Of a DNA stretch of 32,000 bases, positions 16,602 to 24,275 are shown piece by piece. Within the stretch, counting starts at the first letter, position 1, and each line of letters begins with the position of its first letter. This DNA comes from Hyperthermus butylicus DSM 5456. GTDB lineage: Archaea > Thermoproteota > Thermoprotei_A > Sulfolobales > Pyrodictiaceae. Below the pieces are notes generated by a model. The model saw only the letters and a program-made list of their open reading frames with translations, was not told the origin of the DNA and searched no databases. The position numbers and the translations under genes were made by a program. Where the stretch lies: NCBI RefSeq assembly GCF_000015145.1, contig NC_008818.1, positions 1,080,001 through 1,112,000 of the forward strand. Reading direction: 5' to 3'.

Positions 16602-17026
16602 AGTATAGGTTTATGGATCTCGCAGCCTGCCCCGTCTGCAAATACTTCCCCCTAGAACTCTACGTCATCGAGGAGCGGGTGTACCCGGAGCGCGAGCAGC
16701 AGATACGAGAACTGCTGGAGCGCTACAAGCCGCCGCTATGCGAGCTATACTGCTATCGCCTGCAAACACCAGTGGGCAAGAAGATAGAAGAGGTTAACGG
16801 TAATACTCCTTGCGCTGAATGCCTAAAAGTCGAGGTGGTTACGGGCATATTATACTGCCCTAATTGTGGCCGCTGGTACCCGATAATAGACGAGATACCC
16901 AGGATGCTACCCGACAACCTCCGCCGCAAAGACGAGGATCTGAGGTTCCTACGGAAGTACCAGGATAGGCTACCGGAGAAAATAGTGAAACACGGGAAGC
17001 CCTGGAACCTCGGCGAGAAGAGCTAG
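16598..17026 (+). CDS. Trm112-like zinc-ribbon protein with a ~60-aa insertion
   Basis: The N-terminal 'LAACPVCKYFPLEL' and C-terminal 'LYCPNCGRWYPIIDEIPRMLPD' match the split Trm112 pattern. Extra Cys pairs 'CELYC' and 'CAEC' lie in the insert. There is an ATGA overlap with the upstream mutase gene. Confidence 0.6.
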   Translation: MKYRFMDLAACPVCKYFPLELYVIEERVYPEREQQIRELLERYKPPLCELYCYRLQTPVGKKIEEVNGNTPCAECLKVEVVTGILYCPNCGRWYPIIDEIPRMLPDNLRRKDEDLRFLRKYQDRLPEKIVKHGKPWNLGEKS

Positions 17027-17034
17027 CCGGAGTC

Positions 17035-17193
17035 CTATTTGTACACCACTATTACCAGGCGGCCACGCCACTCACTCATCTCAATCTTTACCTTGTCACC
17101 CTCCTTCCACCTTAGGCTAGCCATAAGCTCGTCAGGGAGCCTTATCAGATAGCCTTTCTCATCCTTCTCAATCACACCTTCATAATGCGCCAT
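17035..17193 (-). CDS. AbrB/SpoVT (MazE/VapB-type swapped-hairpin) domain protein, 52 aa
   Basis: This ORF is not in the ORF track. Hand translation gives MAHYEGVIEKDEKGYLIRLPDELMASLRWKEGDKVKIEMSEWRGRLVIVVYK, running from ATG 17193 to TAG at 17037..17035. The 'G.l.iP.el...l....Gd.v.i......g.l.i' pattern is typical of the fold. 'gtttatc' about 45 nt upstream is TATA-like. Confidence 0.55.
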   Translation of the reverse strand: MAHYEGVIEKDEKGYLIRLPDELMASLRWKEGDKVKIEMSEWRGRLVIVVYK

Positions 17194-17259
17194 ATCGCGT
17201 CCACCACGGTAAGGCTTGCGGGGGGGAAGGTGATAAACATACTGGAGTACATACAGGGG

Positions 17260-17691
17260 CTACTGCCTCCTCTTCGGTATGATTATCTCAACTATCTTGT
17301 TTGGCCTCACTCTAACACTGATAGCTGAGGGATCAGCGTCTGGCGGTAGCGGTAGCTCATGGCGATAGTGGCGGAATGTTACACTCCTACCGAGGCTCGT
17401 ACCGTAGAGGTCGCTGAAACTCACCTCCCGCTCTAGCCTAGCCTCTATCACGAGCCTAGTCTCGGTAGCCTTTACCTCTAGGGAGGAGGTATCAGCAGCT
17501 GCTAGGTCGACAAGCACTATGTATCTGTCCGGGTACTCGTACATCGTGTAGAGGGGCTGTATGCTGCCATCGGGTGACCAGCTAAGCCTCATAACCTCCT
17601 CCATCTCCGAGAATGCCTGGTCTATCTCCCTAACAATCCTCTCACGTAGCCTTTCAAGCCTCCTTCTAATATCCTCGTAGACCGACATCAC
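17260..17691 (-). CDS. Small heat-shock protein (Hsp20/alpha-crystallin family)
   Basis: 'DRYIVLVDLAAADTSSLEVKATETRLVIEARL...FRHYRHELPLPPDADPSAISVRVRPNKIVEIIIPKR' fits the alpha-crystallin domain pattern. Confidence 0.7.
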   Translation of the reverse strand: MMSVYEDIRRRLERLRERIVREIDQAFSEMEEVMRLSWSPDGSIQPLYTMYEYPDRYIVLVDLAAADTSSLEVKATETRLVIEARLEREVSFSDLYGTSLGRSVTFRHYRHELPLPPDADPSAISVRVRPNKIVEIIIPKRRQ

Positions 17692-17709
17692 ATTCCACCC
17701 CCACCGCGT

Positions 17710-18477
17710 CTAGGTGTAAATGAGTGGTGATGGAGTTCTCATCTCGCTCATTGCCTGCTTTGTCTGCCTCATCAGGTTGCGTAGCCTGAGCCTTACCATC
17801 TCTGCTTGCTCGAGCAGCTTATTCACATCTATCGATACACCGGTTATCTTCGAGACTATTGAAAGTACTGCTGCCGCTGCCTCGGGGTCGGGGAACTCGA
17901 TGTAGGCGTCTGCTAGGAGTACCAGGTTTGCCACTCTACTCCTAATGGCGTTCTTGAGTATTAGGGCGTAGGGACCAACGAGGTATCCGTTGATGAATCC
18001 TTCGATTCCAATGTTTTCGACTAGCTTGCGTGCCTTTTCGTTGCTAGCTATCCAATAAACGTTCGGCTTCTCCATGTTAACCCTGTTTGGCGACGCTATG
18101 CCAACTATTGATATGAGGTAATCTATACCTCTCTTCAATGCGTAGTCTACTATGAGTTTTGAGAGAGGATAGACTGCTTGGGGCGGTACTGGTGTCTCAG
18201 CAGAGAGCGCCATGATGTTGTCCTTAACGTATATCCTTAGCGGCGGTCTAACAATCCCATTGGAAATAACCGCTACCGGTGGCATCATCGATGCGAGGTC
18301 GATCCCCGCAACCTCCTTCATCGATAGCACTTCTACAAGGTGGTTCGACGATATTACACCAACCAGGCCCGTGTCGGGCAGGCCTAGGATCAGGAAGCTC
18401 GGCTTCTTAACCTCAAACTCCTCGTACTCCACGAGTAGAAGACCGTCATACTCCTCCTCGTAGACCGGCCGTAACAA
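17710..18477 (-). CDS. PAC2-family proteasome assembly chaperone (PbaA-like, COG1938)
   Basis: 'FLILGLPDTGLVGVISSNHLVE' is the typical PAC2 N-terminal block. The protein ends in '...LIYT', which fits a C-terminal HbYX (hydrophobic-Tyr-X) proteasome-docking motif. Confidence 0.65.
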   Translation of the reverse strand: MLRPVYEEEYDGLLLVEYEEFEVKKPSFLILGLPDTGLVGVISSNHLVEVLSMKEVAGIDLASMMPPVAVISNGIVRPPLRIYVKDNIMALSAETPVPPQAVYPLSKLIVDYALKRGIDYLISIVGIASPNRVNMEKPNVYWIASNEKARKLVENIGIEGFINGYLVGPYALILKNAIRSRVANLVLLADAYIEFPDPEAAAAVLSIVSKITGVSIDVNKLLEQAEMVRLRLRNLMRQTKQAMSEMRTPSPLIYT

Positions 18478-18566
18478 GGGACTACTGCCCTCAGCTAGAG
18501 AGGGAGATCATGTCACGCCCCCTAATGGGTTTCCCCGAACAGCATCACGGAAGCGTGGGGTACTAG

Positions 18567-18917
18567 TTAGCCCAGTTCTTCCAGGAGGAGTCGTAGTGTG
18601 AGGCTTGCATCCCTAAGACCGTCTATCAGCCTTCCAGACCGGTATAGTGTTGCTAGCAGTGTAGCTGTCTTGGAGAGAGCCGTGGTTAGCGGTGCTCCGA
18701 GGGCTATGCTTGCTGCTGTAAGTGGTATGGTTGCAATGTTTGCTATTAGACTTGCTCTCTCGGAGGGCGTGAGGTGTACTACTCGGAGGCCATTGTGTAT
18801 CTCCCTAACAGCTCTACCCAGCTCCACAAGGCTTGCCCGGGCTTCGCGATAGCTATCGATCCTCTCTGAGAGCCTCCTTGCTAGCAGTCTTACACTAGTG
18901 TCTAGCTGTGCCTGCAT
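18567..18917 (-). CDS. Hypothetical helical protein
   Basis: A 116-aa ORF with an ATG start and Ala/Leu/Arg-rich helices. No family recognised. The antisense ORF 18598..18852 is less protein-like. Confidence 0.3.
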   Translation of the reverse strand: MQAQLDTSVRLLARRLSERIDSYREARASLVELGRAVREIHNGLRVVHLTPSERASLIANIATIPLTAASIALGAPLTTALSKTATLLATLYRSGRLIDGLRDASLTLRLLLEELG

Positions 18918-19074
18918 TTGCGGGCCCCACTACTGCTAGGTTCTGGTGCAAGGCTATTCCCAGCTGTGGGCCTGCTAATACCTGCTGTGTTTCATGGTCT
19001 CCCGGTGTTACTAGGGTCTGGGAGACGGGGGCGGGGGGCTGGTTGCTACCCGGCTCCCCGGAAATCATGTTGTA

Positions 19075-19500
19075 ATGTGGATGTCCACAATACATCTTTC
19101 AACCGTTAATACGTTTATATTCCCCCACAGGTATAGGTGGGAGCCGTGGGAGCCCCACTTGACCGAGGTAATTATAGTATCTAGCGAGGACGATGGAGCT
19201 GCATGGTTCAAGAAGGGCAAAATATACATCAACGTTAGGTGGCTAAATCTGGAGGAGGAGGCAGAGTGGTTTATCGATGAGAGCTTTATGCATGAGTATA
19301 TCGAACATCTCCTCGGTCTCGGCCACAACAGTGCTATCTACGTCGAGAAGGTGCTGAGGAAACTGCTCTACAGCGAGTGGTATGGGTTCAACCCAGTAAA
19401 CCTACTATACGGCCGCACTGTTAGGAGGCACCGCTGGGAGCAGGGAGTTAGTAGAGCATCCTCACGGCCTGTGCATGTGGCACCCCGGCAATCCTTATGA
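19075..19500 (+). CDS. Small hypothetical protein with a metzincin-like 'HEYIEHLLGLGH' motif
   Basis: The ORF is 141 aa from ATG 19075, or ~113 aa from the in-frame TTG at 19159. TATA-like 'tttatat' lies at 19114..19120. The motif at 19291..19326 equals HExxHxxGxxH with one extra residue between the first two His. The 3' end overlaps the DUF424 gene by 53 nt. Confidence 0.4.
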   Translation: MWMSTIHLSTVNTFIFPHRYRWEPWEPHLTEVIIVSSEDDGAAWFKKGKIYINVRWLNLEEEAEWFIDESFMHEYIEHLLGLGHNSAIYVEKVLRKLLYSEWYGFNPVNLLYGRTVRRHRWEQGVSRASSRPVHVAPRQSL

Positions 19501-19768
19501 CCGCGTCAGGGTGTATGAGGCCCTCTTTTATGGCAGCATTAACAGTGTTTTCGCCAACGAGGTTTAGAATCGTAGCCTCCCAAGCTCTTTGCATGGCATA
19601 GCTTAGCGGTACTAGCTGGCCACGGTAAAACTCCTCGTTAATGTGGAGCACTAGTTCCCCCTCGACAAACTTCTTGCCCAGAAGTTCCTCGTCACAGATG
19701 GCTACTATCTTCTCGCCATGAACCTCCATCACTTTCATGTAAACCATTGGCTCACCGCTAGACCCCAT
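19448..19768 (-). CDS. DUF424-family protein
   Basis: 'MKVMEVHGEKIVAICDEELLGKKFVEGELVLHINEEFYRGQ...NLVGENTV...GVPHAQ' matches my recollection of the archaeal DUF424 pattern. Confidence 0.55.
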   Translation of the reverse strand: MGSSGEPMVYMKVMEVHGEKIVAICDEELLGKKFVEGELVLHINEEFYRGQLVPLSYAMQRAWEATILNLVGENTVNAAIKEGLIHPDAVIRIAGVPHAQAVRMLY

Positions 19769-19886
19769 GACTGCTGCACACCCTTCCAGACAGGGGGTGG
19801 ATGGGGTCTCCTAATATTAGGGACGGGTGTCACACCCATTTTTAGGGATTGTAGCCAGTAGAGGAGGATCCTGGAGGGAGATAGGT

Positions 19887-20324
19887 GTGGTTGACCCGGA
19901 GGCTAAGCTGCTCTACGACTACGACCACCTGCTTAGCAGACTGTATAGTAGACTGCCAACTAGGACGGGTAAGGCTTCGAGATTCGAGCTTCCGAGACTG
20001 CAGGTAGAGCGCATAGGTTCGAAGACCATTATCAGGAACTTCAAACAGCTAGCAGATGTTATGAGGCGTGAGCCACGGATACTCATGCGCTACCTGCTAA
20101 AGGAGCTTGGCGCTAGTGGCAACTACGACGAGGAGAACGGTATGCTAGTGATAAACGTCAAAGTCTCAATCACGACACTCAATAACCTCATGCAAAGGTT
20201 CGTTAAGACCTACGTTATATGCCCAACCTGTGGCGCCCCTGACACCAGGCTTGAGAGGAGGGGTAAGGCCTGGGTACTCATCTGCGAAGCTTGTGGCGCA
20301 GAGCAGCCCGTACCACCACTATAG
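19887..20324 (+). CDS. eif2b: Translation initiation factor aIF2 beta subunit
   Basis: It has 'YDYDHLLSRLYSRLP...RFELPRLQVERIGSKTIIRNF' and the C-terminal zinc ribbon 'CPTCGAPDTRLERRGKAWVLICEACGA'. GTG 19887 is preceded by the SD-like GGAGGGAG (19873..19880) and by TATA-like 'taatatta' (about 19812..19819). The track start at 19827 would add 20 atypical residues. Confidence 0.9.
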   Translation: MVDPEAKLLYDYDHLLSRLYSRLPTRTGKASRFELPRLQVERIGSKTIIRNFKQLADVMRREPRILMRYLLKELGASGNYDEENGMLVINVKVSITTLNNLMQRFVKTYVICPTCGAPDTRLERRGKAWVLICEACGAEQPVPPL

Positions 20325-20358
20325 CCCGAGCCGCCCAGGCCTACGGGATGGAGTAGTC

Positions 20359-21093
20359 ATGCTTAGGAGTCTAGCTGCAAGGTTTCTAAGAGGCAAAGTT
20401 TCCAGGGGGAGACTCCCCCGCCACATAGCCATCATACCTGACGGCAATCGTAGGTGGGCGCGCAAGCAAGGCCTTCCAGTTTATGCCGGCCACGCTGCCG
20501 GGTATCGTGTGGCACGGCGTACCCTCGACCTCCTCTGGGAGCTAGGCGTGGACTACGTGACGTTCTATGCGCTCTCCCGTGAGAACTGCCTACGGAGGCC
20601 CCTTGAGGAGCGCGAGCACCTCTACAAGCTCCTGCTAAGGGCTATAGATGACCTTCTCACGGATCCCCGTGTAGTCAACGGTAGTGTCCGCGTATACTTT
20701 GTTGGCGACTTTACACTACTGCCGGGTCAGCTCGCTGAAAGGCTAGAGGAGGTTAATGCTGCCACAGCCACTAATGGACCCAATGTACTGACTATAGCGA
20801 CTTGTTATGGTGGCCGTTGGGAGGTTCTCGAGACACTACGCAGCCTAGCCACAAAGGGATTTGTGCCCAACGATGAGGAGGAGCTGCGGAAGCTTATGCC
20901 TCTCGGCTTGCTCCCAGAGCCGGATCTGCTCATAAGGACTGGTGGAGAGTTACGGCTTAGCGGCTTCCTGCTATACCACGTAGCCTATACGGAGCTATAC
21001 TTCACTCGGCGCTTGTGGCCCGAGTTTGACGAGTTTGAGCTTCTTCGTGCTCTCCGCTCTTACCAGATGAGGGAGCGTAGGTTCGGGCGATAG
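20359..21093 (+). CDS. uppS: cis-Prenyltransferase (undecaprenyl/dehydrodolichyl diphosphate synthase family)
   Basis: It has 'HIAIIPDGNRRWA', 'TFYALSRENCLRP' and 'LLIRTGGELRLSGFLLYHVAYTELYF'. ATG 20359 avoids the overlap with aIF2-beta implied by the track start at 20230. Confidence 0.9.
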   Translation: MLRSLAARFLRGKVSRGRLPRHIAIIPDGNRRWARKQGLPVYAGHAAGYRVARRTLDLLWELGVDYVTFYALSRENCLRRPLEEREHLYKLLLRAIDDLLTDPRVVNGSVRVYFVGDFTLLPGQLAERLEEVNAATATNGPNVLTIATCYGGRWEVLETLRSLATKGFVPNDEEELRKLMPLGLLPEPDLLIRTGGELRLSGFLLYHVAYTELYFTRRLWPEFDEFELLRALRSYQMRERRFGR

Positions 21094-22159
21094 CCTTCTC
21101 CAGGCTCTTGGCTAGCCTCCACGTCACCGCCACCGCTACCACTGAGCCTATCGCATACATATGGAAGTTAACCCTCACGAGAGAGGCTATGAACTCCGTC
21201 AGTGTAACGGTCTCAGTAGCTTCTAGCGCATCTGCGATACTGTCAGCTAGTGCGACAGCAGCGATTATGACCGCTATGGCTGTTATCTCGCGAGCGAGCC
21301 GGATACTGCCAGAGATAAACTTTGATGCAGCATGACCTAATATTGCGATGCTCGCAGAGAAGCCTAGAAGTGCAGTTACGCCACGCACAAGGGAAGCCAT
21401 ATCATGCGGCGTTAACTGCTCAGAAGCGTGTAGCTGAGCTGCTGTTAGCCCTACAGCTATTGCAGCCGAGATCCCTGCAACAACGTAGGCTACAAGGGTC
21501 ACCGGGGTCTCGGTTAGCGCATGCACTATCTTGTCCTCTATGTCGAAGCCCCGGACAACCATTGCAAGTCCGGCAATCATAAGACCTATGAGAAGTGCTT
21601 GGCGAAGCATGTTCATGAGGGCTAACATGGAGAATACCACGAGTATAACACCGGGAACGCCTAGGAAGAGCCGAGAGAACCTCGGCTCGGTAAACGCTTT
21701 CCTGATATACCTTGCCAATAGGACGTAGGTCTCCTCCACGCCTCGGTGCTGCTTTACAACCACCCGGTGGACCCCATAGACCGGCCGTATCGAGGATATC
21801 ATGTGTAGTAGCAACTCGTCCTCGGAGCCATCAGATACCAATACTATACCGTCAGGGTTATACTTAGAGACCAACTCCTCAAGCTGCGAGCGGGCGATAA
21901 GCGTAGCCTCAACACCGCCAAGCTCGCTTCCAGCCACAACGGCTGGTTCCGCCTCATAGCCCTGTCTCCTAAGTTCATCAGCCAGCTTTACCGCTGCGAA
22001 GAGGACATTTGCGTCAGAATCCTCCGGGTCGTAAAGGGCGAAGCGTACAGCTGTGTCTAAAACCTCTCTTCTACCCAGTATGGGGGTTTGTAGGCCAGCT
22101 TTGCCAAGGTCGTTGTCTATGTCAACTGCTAGCACTAGCAGCTTCTTCCTCTCCGGCAT
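21002..22159 (-). CDS. DUF373-family integral membrane protein (COG2237)
   Basis: The N-terminal soluble block is 'LLVLAVDIDNDLGKAGLQTPILGRREVLDTAVRFALYDPEDSDANVLFAAVKLADEL', followed by ~6 TM helices. The last 92 nt are antisense to the uppS 3' end. Confidence 0.6.
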   Translation of the reverse strand: MPERKKLLVLAVDIDNDLGKAGLQTPILGRREVLDTAVRFALYDPEDSDANVLFAAVKLADELRRQGYEAEPAVVAGSELGGVEATLIARSQLEELVSKYNPDGIVLVSDGSEDELLLHMISSIRPVYGVHRVVVKQHRGVEETYVLLARYIRKAFTEPRFSRLFLGVPGVILVVFSMLALMNMLRQALLIGLMIAGLAMVVRGFDIEDKIVHALTETPVTLVAYVVAGISAAIAVGLTAAQLHASEQLTPHDMASLVRGVTALLGFSASIAILGHAASKFISGSIRLAREITAIAVIIAAVALADSIADALEATETVTLTEFIASLVRVNFHMYAIGSVVAVAVTWRLAKSLEKAIARTYAPSSGKSGEHEEAQTRQTRATSAE

Positions 22160-23060
22160 TACCCTCTTCCTCTAGCTCCTCGGGGCTGCTAGCGTAGAGG
22201 AGCTTCAGCTCATCTATAGTGAGCGGCTCACCCCGTTTAAGCTTCTCCTCAACTATCTTCTTCCTCTCCCTCAGCACTTGTAGCGCTCTAGCCTTCTCAC
22301 GGTTCATCCTTAGCTCCTGCAGCTGCGTGAGAGCCTCTCTGAGAGCTGTCACACGGTCAGCTATTTCCTGGGATAGCTTGTCTATCTCGGCTGAGAGATC
22401 CTCAATCCTCTTTGTGAGCTGGTCTATTTCGGGGCTAAGCTTTTCTATCTCCCCCCTTATCGACGCTATTTTCTCGTCTATCCGTGATATAGCAGCGCTC
22501 CGCGACCTAATCTCCTGGCCATAGCTTCGAAGCTTAAGCCGAAGGGCTATCAGCTCAGCCCGCTTAGAGGCTAGCTCCTGGAGAACCTGCCTAGACTGCA
22601 GGGTCTTCTCTAGGAGTTCCTCGAGCCGTGCTATCTCGTCTATAATCTCCTTTTCCTCCTCCGGGGTGAGTATCTGTGTCTGCTGCCGCCACTCCAGCTC
22701 CTCTATACGACGCCTTATAGCAGCAATACTCTTCCTCGCCAGGGGCCTTAGCTCAGCAGCTATCCTACGTTGCTTCTCGAGTTCCACCACAGCCTGGTTG
22801 ATCTTAGCAAGGAGTTCACGGCGCTCCTGCCTCAGCCTCCGAACCTCCTCCACTAACTGCCTCCTTTCCTCCCTCAAGCTACGAAGCTCATCCCGCAGCT
22901 GCCTGACCCTCTCTATAAGCCCTCTCCGCTTCTGGCGTAGGCTGCGAACCTCCTCGATGAGATGATAGCGCTGCTCCTTTAGCCTCTTGATCTCCTCGCG
23001 TAGCGCCGTAATCCTCTGCAGCAACTCCTCCTCGCTTAGACCCATAAGCTCGCTGCTCAA
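22122..23060 (-). CDS. Archaeal coiled-coil protein (COG1340-like)
   Basis: This 312-aa protein is almost entirely heptad-like, charged helix ('LREEIKRLKEQRYHLIEEVRSLRQKRRGLIERVRQLRDELRSLREERRQLVEEVRRLRQERRELL...'). It has an acidic C-terminal tail 'EELEEEGNAGEEE'. Confidence 0.55.
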   Translation of the reverse strand: MSSELMGLSEEELLQRITALREEIKRLKEQRYHLIEEVRSLRQKRRGLIERVRQLRDELRSLREERRQLVEEVRRLRQERRELLAKINQAVVELEKQRRIAAELRPLARKSIAAIRRRIEELEWRQQTQILTPEEEKEIIDEIARLEELLEKTLQSRQVLQELASKRAELIALRLKLRSYGQEIRSRSAAISRIDEKIASIRGEIEKLSPEIDQLTKRIEDLSAEIDKLSQEIADRVTALREALTQLQELRMNREKARALQVLRERKKIVEEKLKRGEPLTIDELKLLYASSPEELEEEGNAGEEEAASASS

Positions 23061-23134
23061 GGCTTTCCCAACCCTTAACTGCTCAGGGGCTTGGTGTGCC
23101 GGGTCTCCGCGTGGGAGGAGGCTACAGCTATATT

Positions 23135-23590
23135 TTACTCCCGTTGCCTGCTCCGCTCGAAGCCGTAGAGGATGCGTCGCAGTGTTACCGTCCTAGCACC
23201 AGCCACTATTTCTAATACTATGTCAGCAAGCTTTTCGGGTAGCAAGGTCTCGGAGAGGTCGTGGAACCTACCGGTTCTCCTTGCAAGCTCTACTGCTACG
23301 AGGTGATAGCAAGGTTCCAGCTGACCCATGCCTAGAACATGGATCATGAAGTGGGGGCATGAACAATAAGTCCCCGGTACTACGAGGTAGTCGGACTCCC
23401 TGCCAAGCACAACCCACAGCTCAACAGGCATCCTTGCAAGCCTTACTACACGTAGCTCGCCCTGTGCTGCCCGCGCCTCGGGCGAGGGACTCTCGATTGC
23501 CCTGCGGAGCCTATCTCTCAGCTCTCCTAGCCTTCGCGCCAGCAGATAGCCTTGTGCGTCTACACCTCCACTCCTCGCTTCTACCGTCAC
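23135..23590 (-). CDS. SWIM zinc-finger domain protein
   Basis: 'YCSCPHFMIHVLGMGQLEPCYHLVAVELA' gives the CxCx(n)CxH SWIM signature. GTG 23590 is the only in-frame start before Met54, so the gene overlaps the rpiA 3' end by 80 nt. Confidence 0.6.
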   Translation of the reverse strand: MTVEARSGGVDAQGYLLARRLGELRDRLRRAIESPSPEARAAQGELRVVRLARMPVELWVVLGRESDYLVVPGTYCSCPHFMIHVLGMGQLEPCYHLVAVELARRTGRFHDLSETLLPEKLADIVLEIVAGARTVTLRRILYGFERSRQRE

Positions 23591-24275
23591 CGTAGCCCAC
23601 CACTATAGCGTCCATGTAGCCTATGAATAGACCGTGGCCCATTACGCCGGGAAGAGTGTCAAGCAGCGACTCATACTGTATGGGGCTCATAACGCCCCAG
23701 GGCCACGTGTCTATGACGATGCCATAGTTGTCAGTAAAGGCTGGGCCATCCCTACAGCTACAGTTTGTCCTCACTTCCGCACGTATACCCCTTGATTCGA
23801 ACTCCTCTACTATGGTTTCAACCGCTGGCGGTACAACCTCAACGGGTACCGGCTTCCCCTTGTCACCAAGGTTTCTCGAGACCTTAGACTCGTCGACCAC
23901 TAGCAGTGTATAGGCGCTGTTGAAAGCTAGTAGCTTCTCCCGCAACATGGCCGCCCCGCGGCCTTTAACGGCCATACACATATCCGAGACCCTTGCAACT
24001 TCGTCAGCCCCGTCAAAGTATACGTCTAGACCGTCCCGAGGCAGGAAATCATAGGCCTCAATGCCAAGTCTGCGTAGCTCGAGCAGCGTGTCGAAGCTCG
24101 AAGCGTATACCTTGGCGCGGCGCAACGCGGATGCAGCTGGCGACTCGATAAGGAATCTAAGAACGAGCCTCACTGTGGAGCCCGTACCAATTCCTATCCT
24201 TTCAGCTCTCTCTATGAGGGGTTCCAGAATCTCGGCTGCACGTCTAGCTGCCTCCACCTTTGCAAGTGCAGTCAA
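23511..24275 (-). CDS. rpiA: Ribose-5-phosphate isomerase A
   Basis: It has 'IGIGTGSTV', 'YFDGADEV' and 'AVKGRGAAMLREKL'. An Arg-rich ~18-aa C-terminal tail lies in the region that overlaps the SWIM gene. The start is TTG 24275 or GTG 24257. Confidence 0.9.
   Translation of the reverse strand: MTALAKVEAARRAAEILEPLIERAERIGIGTGSTVRLVLRFLIESPAASALRRAKVYASSFDTLLELRRLGIEAYDFLPRDGLDVYFDGADEVARVSDMCMAVKGRGAAMLREKLLAFNSAYTLLVVDESKVSRNLGDKGKPVPVEVVPPAVETIVEEFESRGIRAEVRTNCSCRDGPAFTDNYGIVIDTWPWGVMSPIQYESLLDTLPGVMGHGLFIGYMDAIVVGYGDGRSEEWRCRRTRLSAGAKARRAER

Noticed and set aside
19020-19042. The G-rich tract GGGAGACGGGGGCGGGGGGCTGG in the divergent spacer, as a potential G-quadruplex
   Set aside because: It has only three clear G-runs and needs awkward run-splitting to give four. 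G/C homopolymer runs of 6 nt or more occur in several other spacers (11104, 11188, 11236, 11690, 17220, 25575), so this may simply be a compositional habit of the intergenic DNA.
22219-22965. Plus-strand Ser/Leu/Arg-rich ORFs (101 and 99 aa) opposite the coiled-coil gene
   Set aside because: They are a mirror-image artefact of the Glu/Leu/Arg-rich coiled-coil coding strand (GAG/CTC codon symmetry).
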